A stretch of 62,838 nucleotides of DNA, counting the filler, from Circinaria calcarea (taxonomy: Eukaryota), in the NCBI GenBank assembly GCA_051942165.1. It is 43 parts of 43 records of this genome, joined end to end, with 100 filler letters (N's around TTAATTAATTAA, not from the genome) between each part and the next. Parts side by side here need not be neighbours in the genome. Positions count along the whole stretch, not along the records: positions 61,486 to 62,838 come from JAVECS010004848.1; 42 more parts are not named here. One strand, 5' to 3'. Positions within the stretch are counted from its first letter, which is position 1, and each line of letters starts with the position of its first letter. The notes beneath the pieces were generated by a model. It was not told the origin of the DNA. It saw nothing but the letters and a program-made list of their open reading frames with translations, and did not search any database. The translations under genes and the position numbers were made by a program. This document shows, one piece after another, positions 61,487-62,838 of the stretch.

Positions 61487-62098
61487 TATGCTCTCGCTCG
61501 TCGGGCTTTACCGGCGACCTCTTCCAATCTCCAGTCACGGATAAGCTCTGACACTGCAACATGGCCAGAGTACTTGACTAGCTTGTCACCACCACCAAAC
61601 GTGCTATTCTCCGCTCTTGGAACAACGCGGCTTCAAGCTGGGTCATTTGAAGCTCAACGTGCCATCGATTACGACTTAAATCTAGCATTGGCGCGTGCTG
61701 CAAAGCAATCCGGAGTCAGGATATATGTCCTTATATCATCAGGTGGCGTTTCAAAGACATCGCCGTTTCCATATTCAAAGATGAAAGCATCATTAGAAGA
61801 GGCCGTCAAAGAGTTGAACTTTCCATATACCGTCATCGTCAAGCCAGGCCTGTTGATTGGATCAAGAGAAGACTCTAGACCTCCTGAAGCTGTCCTGAGA
61901 GGTATCGCGAAGGGTTTGGGTGCCATCAGCAAAGGATGGTTGGTGGACTGGTGGGCGATAGACGCAGATATTGTTGGAAAGGCTGCCGTCAGTGCGGGTA
62001 TGCAATGTGTGGAGGGGAAGAGGAAGGAAGGGGTCTGGGAGGTTAGCCAGAGTGATATAATAAGACTGGGGAAGACCGATTGGAAGGTAGGGCAATAA
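61487..62098 (+). CDS. FMP52: Fmp52/TIP30-like NAD(P)-binding Rossmann protein, 5'-truncated
   Basis: FSALGTTR..AG..EAQR.IDYDLNLALARAAK..GV..YVLISS, YSKMK..LE, VKPGLLIG.RE..RP. Confidence 0.9.
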   Translation, partial: YALARRALPATSSNLQSRISSDTATWPEYLTSLSPPPNVLFSALGTTRLQAGSFEAQRAIDYDLNLALARAAKQSGVRIYVLISSGGVSKTSPFPYSKMKASLEEAVKELNFPYTVIVKPGLLIGSREDSRPPEAVLRGIAKGLGAISKGWLVDWWAIDADIVGKAAVSAGMQCVEGKRKEGVWEVSQSDIIRLGKTDWKVGQ

Positions 62099-62838
62099 TG
62101 TTTTGAATCTCAGGCTTACGGATAGAGGCCTGTTCAGTTTGGATGAAGTCTCTTTGAGCAGGGAATAGGAATGTCCTTTTAGAAAGGGGTAACTTTGCGG
62201 CCATGTCCTATTCGTAGTACTCCCCACTCTAAGTTAAGACTGATCTTCATTAGCATTGGTATATTGTAACAATGGTCATTTATTTGATAAATACATGTTC
62301 AACTACGGTAATCGACCGTAATTTTCAAAATAGAGTTAGGAAATCAATCCATCATAGTAGTGTTCTAGACCAATGCTGTAACGGCTATAATTGAGGGACA
62401 TGACGTAGCGATTCTATCAATTACGTAGCGAACATACCCTGAGTTATGGATGTTGGATGTTCCCAATTTATATCATTCAATCGCAGCCCATCAGCCAACT
62501 TTATTCTCACATCCAGAAGAAGAGGAATTCGGGAACTTTCACTACATGTATTGATGAAAGCACTGGCGCATTAAGCTCCTTGTTCAATCCAGGCGGTCGT
62601 AGTAGTACATTCTTTCAACTATTATACACTGCCCATTTGCCTGCTAATTGTTTGGCAGCCCAAACCAATCGCTCCGATCTAAAATAGTCTTCCTGCCAGG
62701 ACACCTCTCAAACGTCCCTTGAACACCTACAATTCCCCCACCCTCACCGCCTCAGAATGTTTACCAAATCCAAACTTCTCCTTCCCTTCCTCCCCCGAAA
62801 CCTTTCCCTACTCCGCCGACCCCTCACCATTCTTCCCC

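Noticed and set aside
1..62838. tRNA, 5S rRNA, snRNA or TPP riboswitch
   Set aside because: Scanning by eye for T-loop, snRNA and CTGAGA-core motifs found none in a valid context; an Infernal/Rfam search would be needed to exclude them

Overview
This is not a contiguous locus. It is 43 short contigs (about 1377 falling to 1353 bp, size-sorted) joined by an artificial 100-bp linker (44 N + TTAATTAATTAA + 44 N), so adjacency across linkers has no biological meaning. The DNA is from a filamentous ascomycete (Pezizomycotina): short GT-AG introns with CTRAC branch sites, fungal gene families, RIP-like AT-rich relics and many microsatellites. One complete gene is present (ADH1, with a GC-AG intron). 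Partial genes include SUR2, SEY1, LPD1, ARC40, RPL36, MIX23, Fpg glycosylase, APS3, DPH3, COX16, VNX1, nitrite reductase, dynein heavy chain, a PDR ABC transporter, a DMATS prenyltransferase, a HET protein, a P450 and FMP52; several are absent from the ORF track. Highlights: (i) a protein fragment carrying the CD38/ADP-ribosyl-cyclase (Tox-ARC-like) catalytic motif; (ii) a 179-bp MITE with CAC...GTG ends and a 5-bp TSD (Transib-like signature); (iii) two independent insertions of one solo-LTR family into nearly the same spot of a second LTR family; (iv) an internally deleted Mutator-like element. All family assignments come from recalled motifs; no database search was run.
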